From a virus: a DNA stretch of 64,000 nt. Each line of letters begins with the position of its first letter. Position 1 is the stretch's first letter. Under the pieces are notes generated by a model that saw nothing but the letters and a program-made list of their open reading frames with translations, had not been told where the DNA came from and searched no databases. The DNA lies in IMG/VR virus record IMGVR_UViG_3300009365_003824, positions 41,942 through 105,941 of that record. One strand, written 5' to 3'. The position numbers and the translations under genes were made by a program. Below are positions 39,026 through 48,369 of this stretch, in pieces.

Positions 39026-39655
39026 ATGGCCCATTTTTTTATCTTTTTTCATGGTCGAAGTGGCTCCACTCATTTGTGCAGCGCATTAAATTCACACCCC
39101 GAAATAATTTGTGAATACGAGTATTTTGGCAGAAACACCAACAATACTTTATATGACTTGCAGCAGCTTTTCAATTGGCACAACTCAGGTATGATTGTGG
39201 GGTTTAAATTAAAATATAGGTTTCAATATTTCGACAACCCTGATGTTTGGGAGTATCTTCTCGAAAACGATGTAAAAGTAATACGTTTGTTTAGGAAAAA
39301 CGCACTTAAAACAGTAATCTCCCGAATTCGACACCACGATGGTGATAAAGGAGGAAAAAAAACAACAATACCTGTTGAAAATTTAATCAAAAAGATTAAA
39401 AAATGGGAACGAAAAAAAGCATTAGTAAGTCTGTCTGAATCGTTCACAAACAAACTGGTTATTTGCTATGAAGATATTTTATATGATGAACAGGCCACTT
39501 TTGCAAAAATCTTAGACTTTTTAGAAGTCGATTCCAATATCACCTTGACCAGTAGATGGAATAAAGTGACCTCTGATAACATTGAAGAAGCGGTTACAAA
39601 TTATGATGAGATTGTTGATACATTGAAAGGCACTGAGTATGAAAGATTTTTGTGA
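39026..39655 (+). CDS. Sulfotransferase (Stf0-like)
   Basis: GRSGSTHL..ALNSHP, VGFK, R.N.LK..IS, YED, V.NYDE. Confidence 0.85.
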   Translation: MAHFFIFFHGRSGSTHLCSALNSHPEIICEYEYFGRNTNNTLYDLQQLFNWHNSGMIVGFKLKYRFQYFDNPDVWEYLLENDVKVIRLFRKNALKTVISRIRHHDGDKGGKKTTIPVENLIKKIKKWERKKALVSLSESFTNKLVICYEDILYDEQATFAKILDFLEVDSNITLTSRWNKVTSDNIEEAVTNYDEIVDTLKGTEYERFL

Positions 39656-39657
39656 TC

Positions 39658-40524
39658 TTACAAATGAGTTATTTTCCTCAATGCAGTCTCTTTGTCTGTT
39701 TCTGGGAAGCTCAAGAGTTTGAATTTCACACCTTTCTTAATACAATCAGGTAGTTCTTCTAAATTGGTTTTTGTAATTATATTGGGTTGCCTAATTCTTT
39801 GTTGACCGACTCTCTCTGTGTTACAAAGAAATCCACATCGTTTACAATAATGTTCAGCTTGTTCGGCTATTTCTTCATCTGTTCTGTTAAATGGGTTTAC
39901 GCCATCTTTTAATGGCCACCCATAACCGATGTCATAAAGCCAATCAAACGCACCAGCATTTTGGCAGAAGTAGACCTTATTGTTGTAAATTATACCGTGA
40001 CAATTGTTGTCATCCCACATCCCACAAAACTTCCTGGCATGTTGCCAGTAATTTTTTATGAAAAACACATCACAAGGAGCCACCAGCGTAGGATGAAACC
40101 ATCTCTGTTGTTTGCTTATGTGTTGCTGTCCTGCTGCATAATAGATGTTATTGTCATACTTATGGACTTTATAACGATCAGTGCTAACTACAAAGCTGAT
40201 GTTTTTTCCTGTGGGGTTGGTGTTGACATTGTAAGAAATCAATAATTTTCTAACTTTTGCCCATTGAGGGTGTTGTACAGGTTCGCCTCCAAATATGTGT
40301 ATTAACTTGTAAAACTTAGCACAGAGATTGATGTTGTGCTCAAGTTGATCTAGAGAAATATCCCAGACTTTTTCTGGAGGTATAACATTGCACAATTGAT
40401 TACAACCAGAACATGCCTTTTTACAACGATTAGTGACCAGAATTTTAGGGCCACGTCTTCTGAGACTGTTGGCGATTCTTCCCATATAAGTATTTACGTT
40501 AATAAGGATAAATACAGTAAGCAA
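39658..40524 (-). CDS. Radical SAM protein
   Basis: NRCKKACSGC (CX3CX2C), FGGEP, C-terminal Cys cluster; start may be 40485. Confidence 0.82.
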   Translation of the reverse strand: MLTVFILINVNTYMGRIANSLRRRGPKILVTNRCKKACSGCNQLCNVIPPEKVWDISLDQLEHNINLCAKFYKLIHIFGGEPVQHPQWAKVRKLLISYNVNTNPTGKNISFVVSTDRYKVHKYDNNIYYAAGQQHISKQQRWFHPTLVAPCDVFFIKNYWQHARKFCGMWDDNNCHGIIYNNKVYFCQNAGAFDWLYDIGYGWPLKDGVNPFNRTDEEIAEQAEHYCKRCGFLCNTERVGQQRIRQPNIITKTNLEELPDCIKKGVKFKLLSFPETDKETALRKITHL

Positions 40525-40544
40525 GATAATAGAGGCGGGGTACG

Positions 40545-40727
40545 ATGGATTGTTTAGACCCCTACATCAATCCATATGATAAATTGATGGAAATTATCTA
40601 CGGACATGGTTATGCCGAGCGTAGAGCTAAGGAGCGTAGGTTTAAAGATACTATGCACGAACATCACGTTAAAATTGCCATGAACTTCCAAGTAGAGTTT
40701 AAAAAGTCTTCAGCTAAAGCAGCGTAG
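40545..40727 (+). CDS. Hypothetical protein
   Basis: Short ORF with purine-rich upstream. Confidence 0.45.
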   Translation: MDCLDPYINPYDKLMEIIYGHGYAERRAKERRFKDTMHEHHVKIAMNFQVEFKKSSAKAA

Positions 40728-40733
40728 AACTTG

Positions 40734-41180
40734 TTACCCTCTTTCAGTGTTGTGTGGTGAATAAACCATTCTTCCACAACGAGAACACCTTTCAGAGCAA
40801 ATCTCGTAACCATCTCTATCCCACGCATTGCCGCACCTACAAGAGTAGTGAGTGTTTTTGTTCACATTACGCAAATCTATAAAATCATTGTCTTCTGTAA
40901 TGCGAATGACATTTTTAGGATCATCCCAGAAACCTTTTCCTTTAACATCTGGGATAGGAGGCGGTCCACTCTCTACTCCAAATTTAATGCAATTATACCA
41001 TATTCTTTCGTGAAGATAGTAAATCACTATTTTGGCAAAGAAGTCTATTCCACAAATTAAACCTCCAACCCCAAGACTGCCAGTTAATGCCCAACCTGCT
41101 ATTCCTGTAATAGTGCTGCCTATGATGCGGTAACTTATTGCTTTAGCTAGATGCCTCTTCCGGCTTATCTTTTTCTTCAT
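40734..41180 (-). CDS. DUF2061-like membrane protein with C-terminal Zn ribbon
   Basis: RHLAKAISYRIIGS...KIVIYYLHERIW; CRC...CSRC. Confidence 0.75.
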   Translation of the reverse strand: MKKKISRKRHLAKAISYRIIGSTITGIAGWALTGSLGVGGLICGIDFFAKIVIYYLHERIWYNCIKFGVESGPPPIPDVKGKGFWDDPKNVIRITEDNDFIDLRNVNKNTHYSCRCGNAWDRDGYEICSERCSRCGRMVYSPHNTERG

Positions 41181-42114
41181 CTTTTTTAACCTGTATTAAG
41201 CCATAATACTTAGTGCCCATGCGTAATAATTTTTTCCCATAACGAGTTATCAAACCCTTTTTGGGATGAAAGGTGTCAGGATCTAGAATAACAGGAGTAA
41301 AAGTTAGCGGAACATAAGGAGAATATTGGTATCCCGCCTCGTAATACCAGAGGTTATCTTCATCATCTTCTTTTTCTCTGCCCCTTAATCCTATAAGCAC
41401 AGTATCTTCGGGAAATTCCACATCAACATACAGTGGACAACCAATGTGGGATACAAAGAAAATTTCATCATCAGTTTCGGGAAATCTACCACTGTAATAT
41501 TCTGATAGCATTTTTCCTATCTTGGGAGAAGTTAAAATCCAATAATCGCTACTTAACAGTGTTTTTCTGTGGATGACATCTTTTATTTCCTTGATTCTAA
41601 AATACCAACCCTCTCCATCTAACCCAGGATCAACAAGAGCTTTAGTTCCAACATTGTTTCGTAAATCTGTTGTGATTTCACGGGTTATTTCATTTGATAT
41701 TTTGGCGGCTAGGTTTTCATCATCCCATTCTGTTTCTGTTTCTAGTCTTTTGGTCCTGGCAGCTATTTCTTCGCTATCTAAAACTAATTTAATTTCATCA
41801 CCATCTTCTTTGAATGCAAGAAAATAAACAAGTCCTGCTGGGCCTAGAAGAGTTTGAATAGAAACGAAATGCCTAGCCATGAGGTTAGAATAAATATCAA
41901 ATACCAGTTGAAGGTCAATCTTACTATGTCCAGATGAGGTTTCGTTCATCAATCGTTGGTTTTCTAATATGATCGCCAACTGTTTTGCATATTCAGAATC
42001 TACTTTCTCAAAAGGAAAATGATCCTTCCACTTCTCAAGACAAGAGGCAGCTTCTTCATCGTGCCTTTTTTTGGAAATCAAAGGGTCGAAAGGGTTTAGT
42101 TTCTTTTTGGCCAT
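41143..42114 (-). CDS. Second gp23/gp24-like capsid protein (possible vertex protein)
   Basis: Shares LENQRL, VSIQ.LLGP.GLVY, SEE.AA.T..L, RE..TDLRNN and YVPLT.TPV.LDP..F.P.KG..TRYGKKLLR with the MCP at 51617-53092. Confidence 0.85.
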   Translation of the reverse strand: MAKKKLNPFDPLISKKRHDEEAASCLEKWKDHFPFEKVDSEYAKQLAIILENQRLMNETSSGHSKIDLQLVFDIYSNLMARHFVSIQTLLGPAGLVYFLAFKEDGDEIKLVLDSEEIAARTKRLETETEWDDENLAAKISNEITREITTDLRNNVGTKALVDPGLDGEGWYFRIKEIKDVIHRKTLLSSDYWILTSPKIGKMLSEYYSGRFPETDDEIFFVSHIGCPLYVDVEFPEDTVLIGLRGREKEDDEDNLWYYEAGYQYSPYVPLTFTPVILDPDTFHPKKGLITRYGKKLLRMGTKYYGLIQVKKDEEKDKPEEASS

Positions 42115-42304
42115 GTTGTTTCTCCTTACGTTTTTTTCTCCACACGGTTATTACATAATTGCCAATAAACATGCCTGTCCAACTACCAAACAAACACCAC
42201 GGGTTTCTCTCGGCATAACTATACCAATTCACCATAACATAACCCAAGACTACCGGCTGACCACAAAGCTGTAAGTAATGGATCACATTCAATAAAATGA
42301 TGAG

Positions 42305-43075
42305 ATGCCACACCCGCAATACAACAGATGGCAAACCCCGATAACATTCTCCTCTTATAAAGAGAGAAAGTTGATCAGAAGAATTGACAAAAAATTGGAG
42401 AAGATCGCAAGGTTAGACTATTGCGCAGGCGAGGGTGAAGTGCTTAATCCATTTGACAAACATAGGTTTGCTACTCAGCCCGTATATCATACGAAAGCCC
42501 CAAAAATTAGGGCTAGAGGGCAAATTGTAGTTGCATATCGTGAAATCACTGGGCAATATTCTATCCCATGTGATCGTGGTTATTGGACACTTTGTAACAA
42601 GCAACCTAATGTGGATGGTGCCGAAATCGTACAATTGGTGAAATGTGGGTTGTTGCAAAAAAAGCAGTTTTATGGAATCGACTATGATCTGAATGATGAA
42701 GGCATCATAGAATTCAACCAACAACAACATCCTGAAGCCAATTGGTTCAAAGGCGAGTGGTTAGAAGTCATTGAAGAAAACTACGAGTTGTTCAATCCTG
42801 GTCTAATCTATTTCGATTACACTCGCACAGTTGTTACTCCTGCTTGCCACTTGTATCTAGCTCGCACGATGAATATGTGCCCCCCCAAGACAGTCGTGGC
42901 AGCTAATCTTATGTTGTCGGATGGGCACTCTCGCCGCCGATTCGACCCAGATTTATTGGTCGAAAATCTGGGAATTCATTTAAGATCCCCCAGTAATTGG
43001 GATGTGTATGACAAGTATTATTCGTATAAATCTAGTCATACAGAAATGGCTACTTACATCTTCGTGAGAAAATAA
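42305..43075 (+). CDS. Hypothetical protein, possible divergent Rossmann methyltransferase fold
   Basis: FYGID acidic strand and LIYFD strand; stop abuts helicase ATG. Confidence 0.45.
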   Translation: MPHPQYNRWQTPITFSSYKERKLIRRIDKKLEKIARLDYCAGEGEVLNPFDKHRFATQPVYHTKAPKIRARGQIVVAYREITGQYSIPCDRGYWTLCNKQPNVDGAEIVQLVKCGLLQKKQFYGIDYDLNDEGIIEFNQQQHPEANWFKGEWLEVIEENYELFNPGLIYFDYTRTVVTPACHLYLARTMNMCPPKTVVAANLMLSDGHSRRRFDPDLLVENLGIHLRSPSNWDVYDKYYSYKSSHTEMATYIFVRK

Positions 43076-44950
43076 ATGCATTTACATCCAGCTAATTTTG
43101 ACTACTACGATCCAAATTGGAAGCCCATTACGGCTAATATTGCGGTCTTAAAAGACACCGACCCCAAGGAGTTGGGATATGGTAATCGTGACTACCAAAT
43201 TAGATGCTACGAAGCGTTTCAAGGAAAAAGAAGAACGATATTTATTTCTCCGACAGGCAGTGGTAAAAGTTTAGTGCAGATTTTTAATGCTGCTAGAGAG
43301 ATTATTGAATCGGACTATGAACAAAAACAAGTGTTTATTGTCCCTCAATTGAATATTGGTGATGGTTTCACGGATTACAAACACAAAAAATTGCGGATCA
43401 ATGGTGAAATTTATGGTTGGGAGGTTACTACAAATTGTTGTTTTGACAATGAGCAGTCTGTTAAAAGAATCAGAGGTTTCCTCCTGAAGGATCATCCATG
43501 TAAATCATATCGAGCAAACAAGGTACTAGGAGGTTGCACCGCTGTAGTGAGTTATTCGGCATTGTTGGCAGCTTTTAATAGTATGACTCCTAGAGAAAAA
43601 ATGCGAGCTATTCAGAATACTTCATTTCGTCCCGATGAGGTTCATCATATCTCTGGCGTGGATGAAGGTGGTGTTGCACCAAACCGCTTAGGAGGATTTT
43701 GTAAATTCGTTTTGGACAATGACGGTTGCTTACACTTAACTACGGCGACATTCTTTCGTGGTGATCGGGGTGTAATTCTTGATGGTCATTATCTGGATGA
43801 TTTTGAGGTTTTCCGTGTCCCATTTCTTGAACACTGGGCGACGTTAAGATTAAAAGAACTTCATCAGGACTACCTTTGTTATAAAAATAGCAATGATCTT
43901 TTGAGACAAATTCTAACTGCTGTAGCGGCTGAACCAGATAAGCCACCAATCATCATCGTTCCAGCAGATGGACAAAAGTTCTTTAAACGCACAAACAAAT
44001 GGAAGTGGGTTGAAAGACTCGTGGATGGTTTGACTGAGATTTATGGAGATAGAGTTCTTGATCTTGTTACGCCTGAACGTCAACAACGAGACAAAAAACG
44101 ATTAACTGCTGATGTTCAAGATTTTTGTGCTGTTGTCACTTGTGCCATTGGAAGAGAAGGAACTGATTGGCCAGCATGTTCTCGTGTTCATAACACGGTA
44201 TTAGATGCTAATACTCTGCAACCAATTCAGAAACTCGGAAGAGCTTTGCGTCAACACGAAGAAAAAACCGATATTAAAATGTTTAATTATATTGAGCATT
44301 TTAAGAAGTGGGACGATAGCCCTGATACTGTTCGTGAAAAGCTATCAGATCGTTTCAATGCTGTTGTAATGGCCTCTATGTTGGATGATATGTTTTATCC
44401 CATCCTCATGCCAGCAATACCTCAAGATAAAAACCGCGTTTGCAATGTGACGCTTGAAGATGTGTATGGAAGCAAACGAAATGAATTAGTTGAAGATATG
44501 ATGCGACGATTACTGGCAATTCCCGCATCAAATAGAAACGCTGAAGCCATCAATGAACTTGTTGATGAGATCATTGAAGAATATGAAGACGACATGTTGG
44601 AGGATGTTTCACATGACACCCTCAGAGAACGATTGCGAAAAGAAATTCTCCGTCGCCAAAACCCTAGTAGTCCTAATCTTCGTATGGATGGGATGATTGT
44701 TGATTTTGTTCGTGAGCATGGTTGGGATAAGGTTATACGAAAATATATCGCCAAAAAATCCCCCTTTGTAGGCGTTGCAGCAACTAAAGACCTTGAAAAA
44801 TTGCAAAAGTTTTTAAACAAAGGCGATTGGCTAGAGAATGTTGAACAAATTAAAAAGATAGGACTTGAAAACATACAAAAAGGAAGTCGGCTTTATCATT
44901 TCCTTTTAAAACAACGCCGAGATTTCAGAAAGGCAACGCACAGTGCTTAA
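43076..44950 (+). CDS. Superfamily 2 helicase/ATPase (type III Res-like)
   Basis: RDYQ, SPTGSGKS, DEVHH, TAT, REGTDW, QKLGRALR. Confidence 0.9.
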   Translation: MHLHPANFDYYDPNWKPITANIAVLKDTDPKELGYGNRDYQIRCYEAFQGKRRTIFISPTGSGKSLVQIFNAAREIIESDYEQKQVFIVPQLNIGDGFTDYKHKKLRINGEIYGWEVTTNCCFDNEQSVKRIRGFLLKDHPCKSYRANKVLGGCTAVVSYSALLAAFNSMTPREKMRAIQNTSFRPDEVHHISGVDEGGVAPNRLGGFCKFVLDNDGCLHLTTATFFRGDRGVILDGHYLDDFEVFRVPFLEHWATLRLKELHQDYLCYKNSNDLLRQILTAVAAEPDKPPIIIVPADGQKFFKRTNKWKWVERLVDGLTEIYGDRVLDLVTPERQQRDKKRLTADVQDFCAVVTCAIGREGTDWPACSRVHNTVLDANTLQPIQKLGRALRQHEEKTDIKMFNYIEHFKKWDDSPDTVREKLSDRFNAVVMASMLDDMFYPILMPAIPQDKNRVCNVTLEDVYGSKRNELVEDMMRRLLAIPASNRNAEAINELVDEIIEEYEDDMLEDVSHDTLRERLRKEILRRQNPSSPNLRMDGMIVDFVREHGWDKVIRKYIAKKSPFVGVAATKDLEKLQKFLNKGDWLENVEQIKKIGLENIQKGSRLYHFLLKQRRDFRKATHSA

Positions 44951-45902
44951 AAAATGGCAAATATCGGCACTAGAAAGTATTGAAGGATGGGATGAATTCC
45001 TTGCTAATGCTAATAATGCTGCTGAAAAGAAGCAACTATTATTGGAAATGGCTAGGAATGGAGAGCCAAGGCCACGATCACAAAAACATTATCTTGCGGG
45101 AGCACTAAATTCTTACATCGGTAAGTCAAATAATAGTTACGACCCAGAGTTTGATAAAAAGATTAGAAAATTAGCACCACACTGGTTCGTTAGTACTGCT
45201 GCTAAAAATAAAAAACTGCTGCTAGAAATGGCGAGGAATGGAAAACCACGACCAGTTCAAACAACACAATTGGGATCAGCATTAAACTCTTATACTAAGG
45301 GTTGTTGTGATCTTGTTTTCGACAAAAAAATTAGAGAACTGGCTCCACATTGGTTTGATACTACTGCTAGGAACAAAGAAGCCCTTCTCGAAATGGCAAG
45401 AAGTGGAGAACCACGACCAAATTGTAAAAAGAATCCATTGGGAAAAAGACTTGTGCGTTATATCGGTAAGTCAAGTGGTTCTTATGATCCTGCTTTTGAC
45501 AAAGAAATTAGAAAACTAGCCCCACATTGGTTTGTTGACACTGCTGCTGAAAAAAAACAACTATTGTTGGAAATGGCCAGGAATGGAGAACCACGACCAA
45601 CAAAAAACCCGCTAAAATCAGCATTAAATAATTATCTTTGCGAGGCAAGCGGCTGTTGCGACCCTGTTTTCGACAAAAAAATTAGAAAACTAGCCCCACA
45701 TTGGTTTGTTGATACTGCTGCTGAAAATAAGAAACTATTGTTAGAGATGGCACGCAATGGTGAACCCAGGCCAAATAGCAAAAATGGATCTCTGGGGAAT
45801 TGTCTTGTGCGATATACGAATAATACTAGCTCCTATGATAAAGAGTTTGACAAAAAAATTAGAAAACTAGCTCCGCACTGGTTCAGGAAGAATCATGCTT
45901 AA
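44943..45902 (+). CDS. Repeat protein A (5 helicase-associated-like repeats)
   Basis: 5 copies of LLEMARNGEPRP-variable-FDKKIRKLAPHWF after MLKKWQISALESIEGWDEFL. Confidence 0.8.
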   Translation: MLKKWQISALESIEGWDEFLANANNAAEKKQLLLEMARNGEPRPRSQKHYLAGALNSYIGKSNNSYDPEFDKKIRKLAPHWFVSTAAKNKKLLLEMARNGKPRPVQTTQLGSALNSYTKGCCDLVFDKKIRELAPHWFDTTARNKEALLEMARSGEPRPNCKKNPLGKRLVRYIGKSSGSYDPAFDKEIRKLAPHWFVDTAAEKKQLLLEMARNGEPRPTKNPLKSALNNYLCEASGCCDPVFDKKIRKLAPHWFVDTAAENKKLLLEMARNGEPRPNSKNGSLGNCLVRYTNNTSSYDKEFDKKIRKLAPHWFRKNHA

Positions 45903-46945
45903 AAAATGGCAAATATCGGCACTAGAAAGCATTGAAGGATGGGATGAATTCCTCAATGAGGAATCGTCTTCTGCCAAAAATAAAAAACTGTTGTTGGAAA
46001 TGGCAAGAAATGGAGAGCCAAGACCAAAAAAAAATAAACACCCATTGGGATCTGTACTGACTGCTTATACAGGAAAAATGAGAGATTGTTACGATCCTGT
46101 ATTTGACAAACAAATTAGAGAATTAGCTCCACATTGGTTCATTGCTGTTGTAGAAGAAAATAAAAGACTATTATTGGAAATGGCAAAGAAGGGAAAACCA
46201 AGACCAAAACAAGGCAAACATCCGTTAGGAGGCAAATTGAGTGATTACACCAATGGAATCCATCGTGGTTCTAAATTTGACAAGCAAATTAGAAGATTGG
46301 CACCACATTGGTTTGTCGAACAAACTATCGAACAGAAAAAACAACAACTCCTTGAAATGGCAAGAAATGGCGAGCCAAGACCATCTCAAAGGAAATATCC
46401 TTCACTGGGGTCTGCATTAAGTCGTTATACTGACAAAAACAAATCTTATGATCCTGACTTTGATAGAGAAATTAGAAAATTAGCACCGCATTGGTTTGTT
46501 GATGCTGCTGAAAATAAAAAATTGCTTCTTGAAATGGCTAGGAACGGAGAGCCAAGACCATCTAAGGAAATCCCATTAGGAAGAATAATAAATTATTACT
46601 TTAGGTGCGATCCTGATTTTTACAAGAAGATCAAAGAATTAGCTCCACATTGGTTCGATAGGAAAAGTCATAAGCAATCTAAAATTGCCAAGCAGAAAAA
46701 ACAACAACTTCTTGAAATGGCTCGCAATGGAGAGCCACGACCAAAAAGAAAAAAACACAAATTAGGAATATCATTGGGTTGTTATACCAGTAAAAACAAT
46801 AGTTCTTATGATCCTGCCTTCGACAAGCAGATTAGAAAACTAGCTCCGCACTGGTTCAGGAAGAATCATGCTTAAAAAATGGCAAATATCGGCACTAGAA
46901 AGTATTGAAGGATGGGATGAATTCCTTAATGAAGAATCTTCTTCT
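44944..46945 (+). repeat. Three near-identical gene-junction repeats
   Basis: tgcttaaaaaatggcaaatatcggcactagaaag(t/c)attgaaggatgggatgaattcct from 44944, 45896 and 46869; the last two also share upstream attagaaaactagctccgcactggttcaggaagaatca. Confidence 0.92.
45895..46875 (+). CDS. Repeat protein B (5 repeats)
   Basis: Same leader peptide and repeat scaffold. Confidence 0.8.
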   Translation: MLKKWQISALESIEGWDEFLNEESSSAKNKKLLLEMARNGEPRPKKNKHPLGSVLTAYTGKMRDCYDPVFDKQIRELAPHWFIAVVEENKRLLLEMAKKGKPRPKQGKHPLGGKLSDYTNGIHRGSKFDKQIRRLAPHWFVEQTIEQKKQQLLEMARNGEPRPSQRKYPSLGSALSRYTDKNKSYDPDFDREIRKLAPHWFVDAAENKKLLLEMARNGEPRPSKEIPLGRIINYYFRCDPDFYKKIKELAPHWFDRKSHKQSKIAKQKKQQLLEMARNGEPRPKRKKHKLGISLGCYTSKNNSSYDPAFDKQIRKLAPHWFRKNHA

Positions 46946-47308
46946 GACAAAAAGAAAAAACTGCTTCTTGAAATGGCACGGAATGGAGAACCACGACCAA
47001 AGAGTAAAAAACATCCGGGTGTAGCATTGAGTAATTACATCAGTAAGTCAAGTAATGCTTACGATTCAGACTTCGATAAGAAAATTAGAAAACTGGCACC
47101 ACACTGGTTTGTTGATGCTGTTGCTGAAAAGAAAAAACTGCTTCTTGAAATGGCAAAGAATGGTGAACCACGACCGAAGTGCGTCTTCGGCCAGAAAAGC
47201 AATCCATTGGGAAGGGCGTTAAGGGATTACATCAGTAAGTCAAGTGGCTCTTACGATCCTACTTTCGACAAGCAGATTAGAAAACTAGCACCGCACTGGT
47301 TCAATTAG
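46868..47308 (+). CDS. Repeat protein C (2 repeats)
   Basis: Same leader peptide and repeat scaffold. Confidence 0.8.
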   Translation: MLKKWQISALESIEGWDEFLNEESSSDKKKKLLLEMARNGEPRPKSKKHPGVALSNYISKSSNAYDSDFDKKIRKLAPHWFVDAVAEKKKLLLEMAKNGEPRPKCVFGQKSNPLGRALRDYISKSSGSYDPTFDKQIRKLAPHWFN

Positions 47309-47896
47309 TGCCTGAGAATCCTTAGAGAGCTTTTTTAAAATTTTCCACTTGGTATCGGTTGCACACTCAATAAGCTGAATAGGCTTCCATATCATGTGAT
47401 GTGGGCTTTTTAAATAACGCTGCTCAGCCTCTCCCTCTGTCATGTAGTCCAGACATGCCTCTTGAGCTAATAGCCTCTTAGTGTGCTTCTTAGCGTTTTT
47501 AATTAAATCTATGGCTTGAGGCATAGTCAAATGCTGAATTACATGCACACAACAAGCTAAATCAAACTGTCCTATGTCCCAATTATCCTCGACCAAATGG
47601 AATTTCACATTATCTGAGGCGTAATTTTTAGAGGCGTAATCCACCCTAGCAGCAGTGATGTCAATTCCAACGTAGGATTTAAAAGGCAAGATGGCTGAAT
47701 ATCTGCCATATCCACACCCTATTTCCAGAATCCTTTTCCCTGCTGTCTCTTTTTTAAGCCATTCCACAGCGTCAGAATTGACCCCATCAAGGTGAGCATC
47801 ATTATTAAAGAGGCGAACCACCCCATTCAGAGCTTTTTCAGTTCTTGCATTGAAGTCTTCAACTATGTCGTAGTCTCGACCTGTCCAAATACTCAT
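47285..47896 (-). CDS. Class I SAM-dependent methyltransferase
   Basis: ILEIGCGYGR, YVGIDI, FDL...VIQH. Confidence 0.85.
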   Translation of the reverse strand: MSIWTGRDYDIVEDFNARTEKALNGVVRLFNNDAHLDGVNSDAVEWLKKETAGKRILEIGCGYGRYSAILPFKSYVGIDITAARVDYASKNYASDNVKFHLVEDNWDIGQFDLACCVHVIQHLTMPQAIDLIKNAKKHTKRLLAQEACLDYMTEGEAEQRYLKSPHHMIWKPIQLIECATDTKWKILKKLSKDSQALIEPVRC

Positions 47897-48369
47897 TGTT
47901 TAACCCACTTTTTATTGCCATCCCTTAAAAAAGGGAAATAGTCCGATTTGATGCCCAAAAATTCATACAATAATTGCAAGTATGGTTCTCTTAAAAAAAG
48001 GAATGTTTCGTAAGACCATATGAAACAATTTCTGGTTTCCATGAGTTTGTGCATCATTTGTCTTGCTGTTTCGTTGTGCTTTTGAATATCTTCAATAAGC
48101 TCAGAATGCTTTTTTTCTTTTGAAAGTGAAACGCAATTCATATCCCTAGTGCATAAAATGAATTTGCAAGGCTCTTTAAATTCATCTAATGGGGGGTAGT
48201 GCTTCTCTTTTCCACCATACGGCAAAGAACGATGACAAACCTTGTCGCCCCTTTTATTTGATTTACTCCAGAAACGACCATTGTAATCTTTGACCCCTAT
48301 CGCTGTGGCGATTGTCTTGGCAATTAAAGTACTGCCACTACTCTCTGGACCTAAAACTACGAAATTCAT
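47893..48369 (-). CDS. Sulfotransferase-like P-loop protein
   Basis: GPESSGST, HRSLP, TRD, SYE. Confidence 0.65.
   Translation of the reverse strand: MNFVVLGPESSGSTLIAKTIATAIGVKDYNGRFWSKSNKRGDKVCHRSLPYGGKEKHYPPLDEFKEPCKFILCTRDMNCVSLSKEKKHSELIEDIQKHNETARQMMHKLMETRNCFIWSYETFLFLREPYLQLLYEFLGIKSDYFPFLRDGNKKWVKQ

Noticed and set aside
42056-42334. Small membrane ORF
   Set aside because: Overlaps neighbours on both ends and has no recognisable motif; a shorter version may be real but cannot be supported
44943-47308. CRISPR array or DGR template/variable repeats
   Set aside because: Repeats are in-frame protein-coding units with synonymous drift and indels; variation is not adenine-specific, and no cas or reverse transcriptase gene is in the window
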